This document shows, in pieces, positions 46,335 to 56,037 of a stretch of DNA of 64,000 nucleotides. Position numbers and translations under genes: made by a program. The DNA comes from Candidatus Multivorans sp. (lineage in GTDB: Bacteria; Acidobacteriota; Thermoanaerobaculia; Multivoradales; Multivoraceae). The stretch spans positions 508,527-572,526 of the forward strand of contig OZ242222.1 in the NCBI GenBank assembly GCA_965206765.1, given 5' to 3'. The notes beneath the pieces are model-generated. The model saw only the letters and a program-made list of their open reading frames with translations. It was not told the origin of the DNA and did not search any database. How positions within the stretch are numbered: the first letter of the stretch is position 1; the number at the start of each line of letters is the position of its first letter.

Positions 46335-47669
46335 GTGGAGCGGTTCTACATCGAGACCTGGGGCTGCCAGATGAACGAGCTGGACAGCCAGCGCATGGCC
46401 GGCCAGTTGATGCAGCAGGGCCTCGTGCCGACGCGTGAGCTGCGGCAGGCGGACTTGATCCTTCTGAACTCGTGCTCGGTGCGCGAGAAGGCCGCTCAGA
46501 AGTCCTACTCCCGACTGGGGGAGTACCGGCTGCTGAAGCGGGAACGGACGAATCTCCGAATCGGCTTCTGCGGCTGCGTGGCGCAGCAGGAGGGCGAAGA
46601 TGCCCTGCGGCGCATCCCCGACATCGACTTCGTCGTCGGTACCGGCCGGGTCGGCGAACTCGGGTCGGTTCTCGAGCGCAGCCGCCGCGGCGAGCGCGTC
46701 CTGGCGGTCGGGTTTCCCGAGGAGCGGCCGTACGACTTCGAGGCGATCAGCCGGGACGGCGCCCACAAGGGGATGGTCACGATCATCGAGGGCTGCAACA
46801 AGCGCTGCACGTTCTGCGTTGTGCCGAACACCCGGGGACCCGAACGGTGCCGGCCGATGGCGGAGATTCTGAGCGAGATCGAGCACCTCGTCGACTACGG
46901 TTTCCTTGAAGTGGAGCTGCTCGGCCAGACCGTGAACCACTGGCGAGAGCCGGCGCCGCCCCTGGGTAGCGGCCGGGACCTGGACTTCGCCGATCTGTTG
47001 AACGCGGCGGCCGTGCTGCCCGGGCTGGAGCGGTTGCGTTTCGTGACCTCCTACCCGCGGGATTTCACCGACGCGATGATCGCGGCCGTAGCCACCCACG
47101 CCAACATTTCGCCCTACCTGCACCTGCCGGTTCAGTCGGGTTCGAACCGGGTTCTGCGGCGCATGGGACGCGGCTATACGGTGGAGGAGTACCTCAGCCT
47201 GGTCGACCGGTTGCGCGCCGCTCGCGACGGTTTGGCCCTGTCCACCGATCTGATCGTCGGCTTTCCGGGCGAGACCGAGGAGGACTTCAAGCGCACCCTG
47301 GATCTGGTCGAGCGCGTCCGTTTCGCGTCCGTGTTCGCGTTCAAGTACAGCCCCAGGCCCAATACGGCCGCCATCCGGTTGCCCGCCGCGGACGAGGTGC
47401 CCCGGGAAGTCGCCGACGAGCGGCTCCAGCGCGTGTTTGCGGCCCAGTCGGTCATTCAGCGCGAGCTGAACAAGGAACTGGTGGGAAGAAAGTTCGACCT
47501 TCTGGTCACCGGCTGGAGCAGACGCCCGGGCTACCAGGCCGGGCGAACGGACTGTCACCGGATCGTCCACTTCCCGGTCGAAGGGGCGCCGATCCAAGCC
47601 GGGACATTGGCGCGCATCCGGACTCTGGAGGCCTACGACCATTCCCTGCTCGGTCAACTGGTGGACTAG
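46335..47669 (+). CDS. miaB: tRNA (N6-isopentenyl adenosine(37)-C2)-methylthiotransferase
   Basis: N-terminus (V)ERFYIETWGCQMNELDS, radical-SAM CNKRCTFCVVP and a C-terminal TRAM region. GTG 46335 chosen because the track start overlaps ptsI. Confidence 0.9.
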   Translation: MERFYIETWGCQMNELDSQRMAGQLMQQGLVPTRELRQADLILLNSCSVREKAAQKSYSRLGEYRLLKRERTNLRIGFCGCVAQQEGEDALRRIPDIDFVVGTGRVGELGSVLERSRRGERVLAVGFPEERPYDFEAISRDGAHKGMVTIIEGCNKRCTFCVVPNTRGPERCRPMAEILSEIEHLVDYGFLEVELLGQTVNHWREPAPPLGSGRDLDFADLLNAAAVLPGLERLRFVTSYPRDFTDAMIAAVATHANISPYLHLPVQSGSNRVLRRMGRGYTVEEYLSLVDRLRAARDGLALSTDLIVGFPGETEEDFKRTLDLVERVRFASVFAFKYSPRPNTAAIRLPAADEVPREVADERLQRVFAAQSVIQRELNKELVGRKFDLLVTGWSRRPGYQAGRTDCHRIVHFPVEGAPIQAGTLARIRTLEAYDHSLLGQLVD

Positions 47670-47783
47670 CAGCTTGCGCGAAAAAAAACTCGCCGTACTC
47701 CATCTGGTATTGGCCTGGACTTGAAGGCGCAACCCGTTGTGCGGCGAAGTGTCGAATTTCTTTCTACGGCGCAAGCTCATAGG

Positions 47784-48371
47784 ATGCCGGGAATGGCGAC
47801 GGACAGCGGCAGGGACCCGGCGGCACGGGAGGACAGGGTGGATCGGAAGATCCCGGCCGAAGTCCACGGCCTGATGATGGAGCCGAACTCCAACCAGCCG
47901 ATCGTGATTCTGCGTCTGCACGAGAAGGACGCGAACGAGAGTTCGGTCGTCCCGATCTGGATCGGCATCTTCGAAGCCGGAGCGATTCAACTCGCCATCG
48001 AGGGCAAGGATCCGGGCCGGCCGATGACCCACGACCTGTTGAAGAACGCTCTTGACCTGGTCGGGGCCGAGGTGATCGAGGTCGTCGTGCGGGCAATCGA
48101 GGGCAATACCTTCCTGGCGGTGGTCGAACTCGTCGAGCGGACCGGGGAGCATCGGTTCCTCGACGCACGGCCGAGCGACGCGATCGCACTCGCTCTGCGT
48201 GCCGGGGCGCCGCTCTTCGTGCGGCAGTCGGTAGCTGATCTCGCCCGCGTCAAACAGCAGACGACGAAGGGCGAAGCGACCGAAGCGCCCACTGCCGGCA
48301 TGGACGAACAGAAGATGAAGGAGTGGCTCGAAGAGCTCGACCCGAAGGCACTTGGCAAGTACGAGATGTAG
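47784..48371 (+). CDS. bifunctional nuclease (BFN/DUF151) family protein
   Basis: PIVILRL, VPIWIGIFEAGAIQLAIEG, RPMTHDLL and LDARPSDAIALALRAGAPLFV motifs. The start is uncertain (TTG 47721, ATG 47784 or ATG 47793). Confidence 0.75.
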   Translation: MPGMATDSGRDPAAREDRVDRKIPAEVHGLMMEPNSNQPIVILRLHEKDANESSVVPIWIGIFEAGAIQLAIEGKDPGRPMTHDLLKNALDLVGAEVIEVVVRAIEGNTFLAVVELVERTGEHRFLDARPSDAIALALRAGAPLFVRQSVADLARVKQQTTKGEATEAPTAGMDEQKMKEWLEELDPKALGKYEM

Positions 48372-48384
48372 CTGGGCGCGGTAG

Positions 48385-49221
48385 ATGAACATCCGAATGG
48401 TCCCTCTTTCCCGGATCGAGCCGGACCCCGATCAACCCAGGCAGCGGCTCGATGGCCTGGAGGAGTTGACCGCTTCGATCCGGACGAAGGGCGTCCTGGA
48501 GCCGATCCTGGCGCGGCCGCTTCCTCCAGCCGATCTCGCCGGCGCGGGAGTGCAACGGTACCGGATCATTTCCGGCGAGCGACGTTTTCGTGCCGCTCAG
48601 CGGGCCGGGATCGACGAGGTTCCGTTGATCGAGATGGACGTTTCTCGCAGCGAGGCGCTCGAGATCGCTCTGGTCGAGAACCTTCAGCGGGTCGACCTGA
48701 CGCCACTCGAGGAAGCTGACGGCTTGAGCGCACTGGTTGAGGAGCACGGCAACACCCACGAACAGATCGCCGCGGCCCTCGGCCGCTCCCGGGTCAGTGT
48801 GACCGAGTCCCTGGCCTTGCTCCGATTGCCCAGGGCCGTTCGCGACAGGGCGATCGCGCTGGGGGTTTCGGCGAGGAAGTCGATCCTCCTCGAGGTTCTG
48901 AAGCTGGCCTCGGAGAGCGAGATGATCGAGATGCTCGAGCGCATTGCCGAACTCGGTCTCAAACGAGCCGATGTGCGCAGCGAAGTGCGGGCGCGGCGAT
49001 CCGATCCGGAACCGGAAGAGAGCCCGAAGAAGGCCGGGGAGTCCACCGCCGCGGGCGTGGCGAGCGCGAAACCGCATGTGTTCCGCTTCCAGGCCTCCGA
49101 CGAGCGCTACAGCGTCTCTCTGAGCTTCCGGCAGAGCGTCGTCGAGGAGGACGATCTGATCCGGGCCCTCGAGGAGCTCCTCGAAGCGCTCCGGCGGCAA
49201 CGGGACGCGACGGCGATCTAG
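48385..49221 (+). CDS. parB: ParB/Spo0J-family protein (no adjacent parA)
   Basis: ParB-N box ILARP..YRIISGERRFRAAQRAG, LVENLQRVDLTPLEEA, and HTH HEQIAAALGRSRVSVTESLALLRLP. Confidence 0.8.
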   Translation: MNIRMVPLSRIEPDPDQPRQRLDGLEELTASIRTKGVLEPILARPLPPADLAGAGVQRYRIISGERRFRAAQRAGIDEVPLIEMDVSRSEALEIALVENLQRVDLTPLEEADGLSALVEEHGNTHEQIAAALGRSRVSVTESLALLRLPRAVRDRAIALGVSARKSILLEVLKLASESEMIEMLERIAELGLKRADVRSEVRARRSDPEPEESPKKAGESTAAGVASAKPHVFRFQASDERYSVSLSFRQSVVEEDDLIRALEELLEALRRQRDATAI

Positions 49222-49434
49222 TAGCCGTCGGTGTCGACTTTGACGGGAGGCACACCCCGGAGGCCCCGGGCGCTGCTCGATATGGGGCCCGCGTCGCCGC
49301 AGATGGCGTCTGATAATGTCCATTATGTCAACTCCATGCACCAGGGCGCCGAGCAACAACCGCGGAAGGCGGCGCTCGTGACATTCGGGCTAGCCGACCC
49401 ATAACGGCTTCCGATCGGTCAGAATCGACTTGGC

Positions 49435-51867
49435 ATGTTCCGCCTCCTCGACCGCTACCTCCTGCGCGAGACGATCGGCCCACTCAGCCTGGGCCTTCTC
49501 GTGTTCACGTTCCTCGCCCTGCTGCAGAAGCTCTTCCAGTTCGCGGAACTGATCATCGAGCGCGACGTGGAGGTTCGGGTCGTGCTCCAGCTCCTGGCCT
49601 ACACGCTGCCGCAGATGATCGTCCTGACGATTCCGATGGCGTTCCTGTTCGCCATCCTGCTGGCCATCGGCCGGATGGCTGCCGACAGCGAGCTGGTCGC
49701 CATGCGGGCCTCGGGGATCAGCCTGTTCTCGGTCTACCGGCCGATCCTGCTCATGAGTCTGCTGCTGGCTGCGGTGACCACGTACCTGATGACCGTCACT
49801 CTGCCGGCGGGCAACAAGGCCATAAGCGAACTGCAGTTGGCGATCCTCAAGCGGAACGTGAACCAGCAGGTCAAGCCCAGGGTGTTCTACGACGGCCTCC
49901 AGGAGCGCGTGCTCTACGTCTTCGAGTCGGCCGAGAACGAGGATGGCTGGCGCGGCGTGTTCCTGGCCGATGCGGTTCCAGGTCCCGAACAGCAGGTGAT
50001 CGTCGGCGAGACCGGGGGTATCAACGTGACTCCGGGGAACGGTCGTCCCCCGGTCCTGATGTTCGGTCTCGCCGATGTGCATGAGGTGGACACGAACGAT
50101 CCCAGCACGTATCGGCTGCAGCGTCTCCGGGACGCGAGCATCGTGATCGAGGACCGCCACTTCCGGCGCAACGAGGGGCTGGTGCTGGACAAGGGTGTGC
50201 GTTCCATGACCCTCCCGGAGTTGGTCCGGCGCGCCGAAGAACCTGGGCTTGCCGACGATGCGCGCAACCAGGCCCTGGTCGAGATCCACAAGAAGTTCGC
50301 GATTCCGGGGGCCTGCCTCGTGTTCGGCCTCTACGGGATTCCGCTCGGCTTCCGGAACCGCCGCACCGGGCGGTCCTCGGGGTTTCTGATCTCGGTCACG
50401 ATGTTCCTCTTCTACTACGTGATGCTGGGTAACGGAGAGGAAGCGGCTGTGAACGGCCAGGTCCCGCCCTGGCTGGCGATGTGGGCGCCAAACCTGCTCC
50501 TCCTCGTTCTCGGCGCGTTTCTGCTCTGGCGCAGAAACCGGGACAAGGGCCTGATGATCGGTGCGGTCGACCGTTACCTGCGGGAGCACTTGTGGCGACG
50601 CATCCTGCGTCTCGGCCGAAGGAGGAATGTCAGGGGACGCCGGAGGCGGGCGCTCGAGGATCGTCTCGCGCGTGCGCAGTCGCTCGCGTCGGGCGGCGCC
50701 CCCACCCGGCCCCGGCTGCGGCTGCGGATCGAACCGGTCAGCCTTCGCTTTCCGGGAGTCATGGATCGCTACATCTTCGGCGTCTTCGTGCGCGTCTTCC
50801 TGGTTGCGGTCGTCGCGGCTCTCGCCGTGTACATCGTGTCGGACTTCACCCAGCTCATCGACGAGATGTTCAGGAACAACGTCTCATCGAGCGTCTTCGC
50901 GGTCTACTACCTCTATCTCTCGCTGCAGATCTTCTACGATGTGGCGCCGGTCCTCGTCCTGGTCACCACCCTGGTCACTTTCGGCCTCCTTTCGCAGCGC
51001 AACGAGGTCGTGGCCGCCAAGGCCCTCGGCTTCAGCCTGTTCCGGCTGGCGATGCCGGCCCTGGTCGCGGCGGCCGGGATCGCCCTGCTCAGCGCGGCCC
51101 TCGAGAACTCGGTGCTGCCGGCTTCCAACGCCAAGGTCGCCGAGTTGAAAGACCGGATCCGAGGCAATGCGGGCCCGATCAAGAGCTACCACAGCGCCGA
51201 TCGCCAATGGCGCTACGCGCAGGACGACGCGGGCGGCGGCTACATCTACAACTACCGACACTACGATGCCGCCCGCCAGACCCTGCAGCGCCTGCAAGTG
51301 TTCCGCTTCGACCCCGAACACCGGCTGATCGGCCGCCTGTACGCTGCCGCTGCGCGGTACGTGCAGGGCAGCGAGGAGGACACTGGCGGTTGGCAGTTGG
51401 TCGACGCCTGGGTCCGGGAGTTCGACGGTCTCACGACCACCAACAGCAGCCGGTTCGCGGGACCTCAACCGGTCGATCTACCCGAGGAACCCGAGTTCTT
51501 CGACACCGAGGTCAAGTACGCCGACCAGATGAACCGTCGCGAACTCAGGCGGCACGTCCAGGACCTGATGGCAGCCGGCAATGCCGTGCCGGAACTCCAG
51601 ATGCAGCTTCACAACAAGACCGCGCTGCCCGTCGTCTGCCTGGTGATGGGCCTGGTCGCGCTGCCCTTCGCCTTCCGGCTCGGTCGCCAGGGCGCGCTCT
51701 ACGGAATCGGCATCTCGATCATGCTCGGGATCGTGTACTACACCGTGATCAGCGTGTTCGTGACCCTCGGCCAGTCGGAGGCTCTGCCCCCCCTGGTTGC
51801 TGCCTGGAGCCCGAACGCGCTGTTCGGGACGCTGGCGCTCTACCTGTTCCTCGGCGTGCGCACCTGA
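49435..51867 (+). CDS. fused LptF-LptG LPS export permease (single 810-aa ORF)
   Basis: Residues 1-~375 begin MFRLLDRYLLRETIGPL (LptF/G N-motif) with 6 TM segments. An Arg-rich linker follows. A second module starts at MDRYIFGVFVRVFLV (ATG 50761, in frame) with its own TM set. There is no stop between the modules. Confidence 0.75.
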   Translation: MFRLLDRYLLRETIGPLSLGLLVFTFLALLQKLFQFAELIIERDVEVRVVLQLLAYTLPQMIVLTIPMAFLFAILLAIGRMAADSELVAMRASGISLFSVYRPILLMSLLLAAVTTYLMTVTLPAGNKAISELQLAILKRNVNQQVKPRVFYDGLQERVLYVFESAENEDGWRGVFLADAVPGPEQQVIVGETGGINVTPGNGRPPVLMFGLADVHEVDTNDPSTYRLQRLRDASIVIEDRHFRRNEGLVLDKGVRSMTLPELVRRAEEPGLADDARNQALVEIHKKFAIPGACLVFGLYGIPLGFRNRRTGRSSGFLISVTMFLFYYVMLGNGEEAAVNGQVPPWLAMWAPNLLLLVLGAFLLWRRNRDKGLMIGAVDRYLREHLWRRILRLGRRRNVRGRRRRALEDRLARAQSLASGGAPTRPRLRLRIEPVSLRFPGVMDRYIFGVFVRVFLVAVVAALAVYIVSDFTQLIDEMFRNNVSSSVFAVYYLYLSLQIFYDVAPVLVLVTTLVTFGLLSQRNEVVAAKALGFSLFRLAMPALVAAAGIALLSAALENSVLPASNAKVAELKDRIRGNAGPIKSYHSADRQWRYAQDDAGGGYIYNYRHYDAARQTLQRLQVFRFDPEHRLIGRLYAAAARYVQGSEEDTGGWQLVDAWVREFDGLTTTNSSRFAGPQPVDLPEEPEFFDTEVKYADQMNRRELRRHVQDLMAAGNAVPELQMQLHNKTALPVVCLVMGLVALPFAFRLGRQGALYGIGISIMLGIVYYTVISVFVTLGQSEALPPLVAAWSPNALFGTLALYLFLGVRT

Positions 51868-51898
51868 CGGTCCGCAGCCGGAACGCCGGGCTGCTCTG

Positions 51899-53044
51899 TT
51901 ACGCGACGCCCCGACGGAGCGTGGCCGCACGATCGGTCCGTTCCCAGGGGAACTCCGATCGGCCGAAATGGCCGTAGGCCGCGGTCTGCAGGTAGCGCGG
52001 CTGACGCAGATCGAGCTCCTCGATGATCGCTTGGGGCTGCAGCGGGAACTCACTCCGTACGAGTTCCTCGAGAAAGCGATCCGAAACTTCGTCCCGCGCG
52101 GTACCGAACGAATCGACGTGCACCGACACGGGCGCCGCTACACCGATGGCGTAGGCCAACTGGACCTCCAGGCGATCCGCCATGCCTGCGGCGACGAGGT
52201 TCTTCGCCGCGTAACGCGCCATGTAGCTCGCTGAGCGGTCCACTTTTGTCGGGTCCTTGCCTGAGAAAGCGCCACCGCCATGGTGGCCGACGCCACCATA
52301 GGTGTCGACGATGATCTTGCGGCCGGTGAGTCCGCAATCCCCCTGTGGACCGCCGACCACGAACTGACCTGTCGGATTCACGTGGAAGATCGTGTCGTCG
52401 TCGAGGAGGCGGCCGGGCACCGACGGTCTGACGACTTGCTCCTGCACGACCCGCGTGATCTCGTCATGCTTGACCTCCCGGGCATGCTGTGTCGACACGA
52501 CGATCGTATGCGCCCGCACGGCCTGTCCGTCGTGGTCGTACTGCACGGTGACCTGTGACTTGCCGTCCGGTCTCAGCCAGTCGTACTTGCCCGAGCGTCG
52601 GAGTTCGGCGAGGCGCCGGGTCAGGCGGTGCGCGAGTTCGATCGGCAGCGGCATGAGTTCTTCGGTCTCCCGGCACGCATAGCCGAACATCAGACCCTGA
52701 TCGCCGGCGCCGCCGGTGTTGACGCCGAGAGCGATGTCCTCCGACTGTGGATCGAGGGCACAGAGTACGGCGCAGTCGTCGGCGGCGAAGCCGGATCTCG
52801 AATCGGTGTAGCCGATGTCACGGATCGTTTGCCGCGCCAGAGCCGCGTAGTCGATTGCCGCGCCGGGCTTCAGCTTGATCTCGCCGGCGATGAGGACCAG
52901 GCCGGTGTTGACCAGGGTCTCGCATGCCACCCGCGCATGCGGATCGTGGCGCAGCGCCGCATCGAGAACCGCATCCGAAATCTGATCCGCGACCTTGTCG
53001 GGATGACCCTCGGTCACCGACTCGGACGTGAACAGACGGCTCAT
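51899..53044 (-). CDS. metK: S-adenosylmethionine synthase
   Basis: [35 protein letters not shown] and DRSASY motifs. ATG 53044 (MSRLFTSE) is preferred; upstream in-frame starts at 53065 and 53095 are possible. Confidence 0.9.
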   Translation of the reverse strand: MSRLFTSESVTEGHPDKVADQISDAVLDAALRHDPHARVACETLVNTGLVLIAGEIKLKPGAAIDYAALARQTIRDIGYTDSRSGFAADDCAVLCALDPQSEDIALGVNTGGAGDQGLMFGYACRETEELMPLPIELAHRLTRRLAELRRSGKYDWLRPDGKSQVTVQYDHDGQAVRAHTIVVSTQHAREVKHDEITRVVQEQVVRPSVPGRLLDDDTIFHVNPTGQFVVGGPQGDCGLTGRKIIVDTYGGVGHHGGGAFSGKDPTKVDRSASYMARYAAKNLVAAGMADRLEVQLAYAIGVAAPVSVHVDSFGTARDEVSDRFLEELVRSEFPLQPQAIIEELDLRQPRYLQTAAYGHFGRSEFPWERTDRAATLRRGVA

Positions 53045-53145
53045 TCCACTCGAACTGGTGCTCATCGGCAGCGAACCATACCAACTCATCGGCAACCGTG
53101 CGGCGCCGACCGTTTCGCTCGACTACTGCGTAACATCGGGGAGCG

Positions 53146-54018
53146 ATGATCCGTAGCCGGAACAACCCCCAGGTCCGCACGATTCGCCGGCTCCGCAACG
53201 CGCACGCACGCCGCCACACCGACCTGCTCCTGCTCGAGGGCCGGCACCTGGTCGGCGCCGCGGTCGCGGCTGGGCTCGAGTTCCATCACCTCCTGGTGAC
53301 GCCGGAGTTCGAGGCGACTCATGCCGAGTTCATCCGGCAGTTGGAAGGCCCTTCACAGACTACGGCCACCCTCATCCACCCCGATCGACTGCGGGAGCAG
53401 GCCGACGCCGACGCTCCCCAGGGCATCGCCGCCCTGGTCGTCCCGCCGTCGGGTTGGAAGTCCGAGCCCGCCGCAGGGGGCCGGACCCTCGCCCTCTCCT
53501 CCGGTCTTCACCTCTACGTCGACGGCATTCAGGACCCGGGCAACCTGGGGGCCATGGCTCGATCCGCCGAAGCCGCGGGCGTTGCCTCCCTTCTTCTGGC
53601 CACCGGCACGGCTCGTCCCAATCAGCCTCGTGCTCTGCGAGCCTCCGCCGGCAGTCTGCTCCGGCTGGCCCTGTGGACTGGAATTCGACTGGACCAGATC
53701 CCCGCGAGCGCACGCTGCCTTGCACTGACGCCTCATCGTGAGGGCAAGGAAGGTCAGCCCATTGCTCCGATCTTCGCGGCCGATGCTCCTGATCAGAGGC
53801 TCATGCATCTGCTCGGCGCCGACCTGATCGTCCTCGCCGTGGGCAACGAGAGCAAGGGACTCTCAAGTCCGGTTCTGGATCGGGCGGACATGCTCTTGAC
53901 GGTTCCTACCGCCGGCGCCGTCGAATCCCTGAACGCCGCGGTCGCCGCGTCGCTGGCCCTGTTCGAACTCCAACGGCTGCGTGAGATGAGTCACCCCGGC
54001 ACCGGATCAGGCGGGTGA
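53146..54018 (+). CDS. TrmH/SpoU-family RNA 2'-O-methyltransferase
   Basis: DGIQDPGNLGAMARSAEAAG, LAVGNESKGLS and VESLNAAVAASLALFE motifs. Confidence 0.8.
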   Translation: MIRSRNNPQVRTIRRLRNAHARRHTDLLLLEGRHLVGAAVAAGLEFHHLLVTPEFEATHAEFIRQLEGPSQTTATLIHPDRLREQADADAPQGIAALVVPPSGWKSEPAAGGRTLALSSGLHLYVDGIQDPGNLGAMARSAEAAGVASLLLATGTARPNQPRALRASAGSLLRLALWTGIRLDQIPASARCLALTPHREGKEGQPIAPIFAADAPDQRLMHLLGADLIVLAVGNESKGLSSPVLDRADMLLTVPTAGAVESLNAAVAASLALFELQRLREMSHPGTGSGG

Positions 54019-55083
54019 GCCCCCGGACGGCTGGCGAGCGCCGCGCTCGTTCAGCAGACGGGTCAGTGCCGGCGCCACTTCGTGCAGGTCGCCGACGATG
54101 CCGTAGTGGGCGACGCTGAAGATCGGCGCTTCCGGATCCTTGTTGACCGCCACGATGACCCGTGATCCGCTCATGCCCATCAGGTGCTGGATCGAGCCGG
54201 ATACTCCGAGCGCCACGTAGAGCTTCGGGGCCACGATGTGCCCGCTCGAGCCGACCTGGTGCTCGCGCGGTAGCCAGCCGTTGTCCACTACCGGCCTGCT
54301 GGCGCCGAGTTCCGCGCCGAGCGCCACGGCCAGGTCGGCGGCGACTGAGACCTCATCCGCTCCACCCACGCCCCTGCCGGCGGTCACGATCCGTTCGGCG
54401 CCCGCCAGGTCGACGCCGCCGGCGCTTGCCGCCTCTTGCCCCAGAATCTCCCGCTCCGGCTGCCGTTCGATGTCGGCCGGCAGACAGACCTCGTGGACTC
54501 GTCCTGGCGGCGCCAGCGGCTCGTCGCTGCTGAAGGCCCCGCTCTGCACGGTGGCGACGACGATACGCGCCCTCGGGCGCAACTCGGCCTGGAACTTGGC
54601 CTGCAGGATCGATCGGCGGAAGCGCAGGCCGCCGCCTTCGCCGCCCTTGTCGACCCCGCTGATCGACGGGACGTAGGCGGCGCCCAGCCGCATGGCAAGG
54701 CCCGGAGCGAACTCCGCCACCTGATAGGTGTGCGGCAGCAGAATCACCGTCATGGGGGCCGCTCCGTCGCCGCCCTCCCGCGCGATCAGCGTGCTGAGGG
54801 CTTCGGCGTAGCGGCTCGGCGAATAGGGTCCGAGCCGTTCTTCGTCGAGCAGGGCGACCCGCAGGTCCGATCCGAGAGCCTGCCCGCACACGCGGGCCTC
54901 CCGGGATGCGGGCCCCGAACCGGCGTTCTCCACGATCCAGATCACCACTTCCGCGGGGGACACAGCCCTGAAGGACACAGCCCTGGGGGACACAGCCCTG
55001 GGGGACACAGCCCTGAAGGACACAGCCCTGGGGGACACAGCCCTGGGGGACACTGCCCTGGGGGACACAGCCGAGCTGCTCAC
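54007..55083 (-). CDS. etfA: electron transfer flavoprotein alpha subunit with an N-terminal (AVSPR)n repeat extension
   Basis: C-terminal FAD domain ([43 protein letters not shown]). The GTG at 55083 overlaps the etfB stop (GTGA). The canonical EtfA N-terminus begins near VVIWIVEN (alternative GTGs at 54948 and 54945). Confidence 0.85.
   Translation of the reverse strand: MSSSAVSPRAVSPRAVSPRAVSFRAVSPRAVSPRAVSFRAVSPAEVVIWIVENAGSGPASREARVCGQALGSDLRVALLDEERLGPYSPSRYAEALSTLIAREGGDGAAPMTVILLPHTYQVAEFAPGLAMRLGAAYVPSISGVDKGGEGGGLRFRRSILQAKFQAELRPRARIVVATVQSGAFSSDEPLAPPGRVHEVCLPADIERQPEREILGQEAASAGGVDLAGAERIVTAGRGVGGADEVSVAADLAVALGAELGASRPVVDNGWLPREHQVGSSGHIVAPKLYVALGVSGSIQHLMGMSGSRVIVAVNKDPEAPIFSVAHYGIVGDLHEVAPALTRLLNERGARQPSGGSPA
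54958..55072. repeat. 15-bp tandem repeat, ~7.5 copies (ggacacagccctgRR)
   Basis: Units start at 54958, 54973, 54988, 55003, 55018, 55033 and 55048, with a partial unit at 55063. Variation is limited to aa/gg endings and one a-to-t change. There is a higher-order 45-bp periodicity. Confidence 0.95.
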
Positions 55084-55925
55084 AGCAGGGACTCCCGTTC
55101 CAGATGCCCGATGAGGTCCGCCGCGGCCGCCTCCGGGGCGGCATTCTCGATCAACACTCCGCCGACACTGGTCGGAGGAAGACGGATCGCCATCGTCTCG
55201 ATCCGGGCGCCTGCCTCCCCCACCAGCCCGGGATCAACGCCGACGGTCGCGCAATCGAGGTGCTCCAACGGCTTCCTGCGGGCCTGCAGCGTGCCGCGCA
55301 GCGAGGCGAATCGGGGCTTGTTGATTCCGGCCTGCACCGCGAGCACGGCCGGCAGGTCCAACCGGAGGACTTCGTTTATCCCACCCTCCAGTTCGCGCAC
55401 GACGCGTACCGAACGGTTGTCCGCCTCCAACTCGACAGCCATGACGAGCCAGGCGTAGGGGCGGTCGAGCATCTCCGCGACAACCGCCGGGGTTGCGGCT
55501 TGTCCCAGGTCGTCGGACTGGGCGCCCGCGAGGACGAGATCGCATTGCTCCCTCCTTATGGCCGCGGCGAGAGCACGACCGTCGGCCAGCGCGTCGCCGC
55601 CCCCGAAGTCCTCGTCCGCGAGGTGCACAGCCCGGTCGGCCCCTAGCGCCAGTGCCTTGCGCAGGGCTTCCTCAACCCGCGCGGGGCCGAGGCTGAAGGC
55701 GACGAGTTCGGGCCGGTCGGCCCCGGAATCCTCGGCGGCCTCGACGAGCAGCAGGGCCTCTTCGAGCGCGCAGAGATCGCAGCTCGAGATGACCCAATTC
55801 AAATCGCCGTCGTCGATCTGGCGGCCCGAGTCCGCGATCCGCAGGTGCGCATCGGTATCTGGAACCTGTTTGATGCAGACGCCGATCCTCAAGCCGATTC
55901 CCCCGGTTTGGTGGCGCGGCAGCAT
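55080..55925 (-). CDS. etfB: electron transfer flavoprotein beta subunit
   Basis: RIGVCIKQVPDTD N-terminal motif and AEDSGADRPELVAFSLGP, LALGADRAVHL. Start is ATG 55925 or TTG 55892 (preceded by GGGGGAA). The upstream part of the 400-aa track ORF is rejected. Confidence 0.85.
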   Translation of the reverse strand: MLPRHQTGGIGLRIGVCIKQVPDTDAHLRIADSGRQIDDGDLNWVISSCDLCALEEALLLVEAAEDSGADRPELVAFSLGPARVEEALRKALALGADRAVHLADEDFGGGDALADGRALAAAIRREQCDLVLAGAQSDDLGQAATPAVVAEMLDRPYAWLVMAVELEADNRSVRVVRELEGGINEVLRLDLPAVLAVQAGINKPRFASLRGTLQARRKPLEHLDCATVGVDPGLVGEAGARIETMAIRLPPTSVGGVLIENAAPEAAAADLIGHLERESLL

Positions 55926-56015
55926 ACCGCCCCTCTCCACGTGCCGCAGCCGGCCGTCGTCGTCCCTGTCGCGTACGCCTCGTCCCGCCTTAGGGGTTAG
56001 AGGCATAGACCTTTG

Positions 56016-56037
56016 GCTATCTGTCTGATAGCTTTTT
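56016..56037 (+). promoter_or_regulatory. AT-richer inverted repeat plus T5 run immediately upstream of tolQ
   Basis: gctatc-tgtct-gatagc (56016-56032) followed by ttttt, 3 nt before the ATG at 56041. It lies in the etfB/tolQ divergent region. Confidence 0.3.

Noticed and set aside
49282-49410. 42-codon ORF (MGPASPQMASDNVHYVNSMHQGAEQQPRKAALVTFGLADP) in the parB-lptFG spacer
   Set aside because: Its third-position GC (~74% by hand count) is well below that of the neighbouring genes. It has no SD and no recognisable motif. I keep it only as context for the AT-rich palindrome.
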